A DNA stretch of 45,875 nucleotides. Origin: a virus (Duplodnaviria; Caudoviricetes). Shown here piece after piece: positions 45,847 through 45,875 of the stretch. The notes below the pieces were generated by a model. It searched no databases. It was given only the letters and a program-made list of their open reading frames with translations, and was not told the DNA's origin. The DNA is taken from IMG/VR virus record IMGVR_UViG_3300025018_000024, positions 1 through 45,875 of that record; one strand, given 5' to 3'. Numbering within the stretch: position 1 is the first letter of the stretch; the number at the start of each line of letters is the position of its first letter. The position numbers and the translations under genes are program-made.

Positions 45847-45875
45847 CGTATCACCTCGGTCTTCGGGGGTTTGGG
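45749..45875. repeat. Terminal direct repeat, right copy
   Basis: Identical to 1-127. Confidence 0.95.

Overview
The window is an apparently complete, circularly assembled genome of a GC-rich tailed phage with a contractile (myovirus-type) tail. Bases 1-127 repeat exactly at 45749-45875, giving a unit length of about 45,748 bp. Almost all genes are on the minus strand. They run: RecU-like resolvase, ParB-N/DNA methyltransferase, TerS, TerL, SPP1-like portal, MuF, scaffold, decoration, capsid, neck, sheath, tube, chaperone, tape measure, baseplate, fibre, SLT endolysin and membrane lysis genes. A replication/recombination block carries a RecE-like exonuclease, a Cro-like HTH, an initiator with internal iterons and DnaB. 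One short plus-strand operon lies at 10939-13281. I recognise no integrase, tRNA or CRISPR array. The most striking system is in the head module. MuF stops just after a C7 tract, and a one-base shift in that tract would fuse it to a HipA/PI3K-like kinase domain plus an R-S-E type ADP-ribosyltransferase domain (about 870 aa). A small candidate immunity gene follows. This looks like a switchable virion-delivered dual-effector protein. Other notable items: a -1 frameshift with a stem-loop in the tail chaperone, DnaB with two tandem N-terminal domains, catalytically degenerate QueF-like and DUF6884-like proteins, duplicated promoter-operator cassettes (one driving an ACG-start gene), a dispersed co-oriented 12-19 bp motif, and strong avoidance of several 6-bp palindromes. 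All family calls come from motif recognition by eye, not from database searches.
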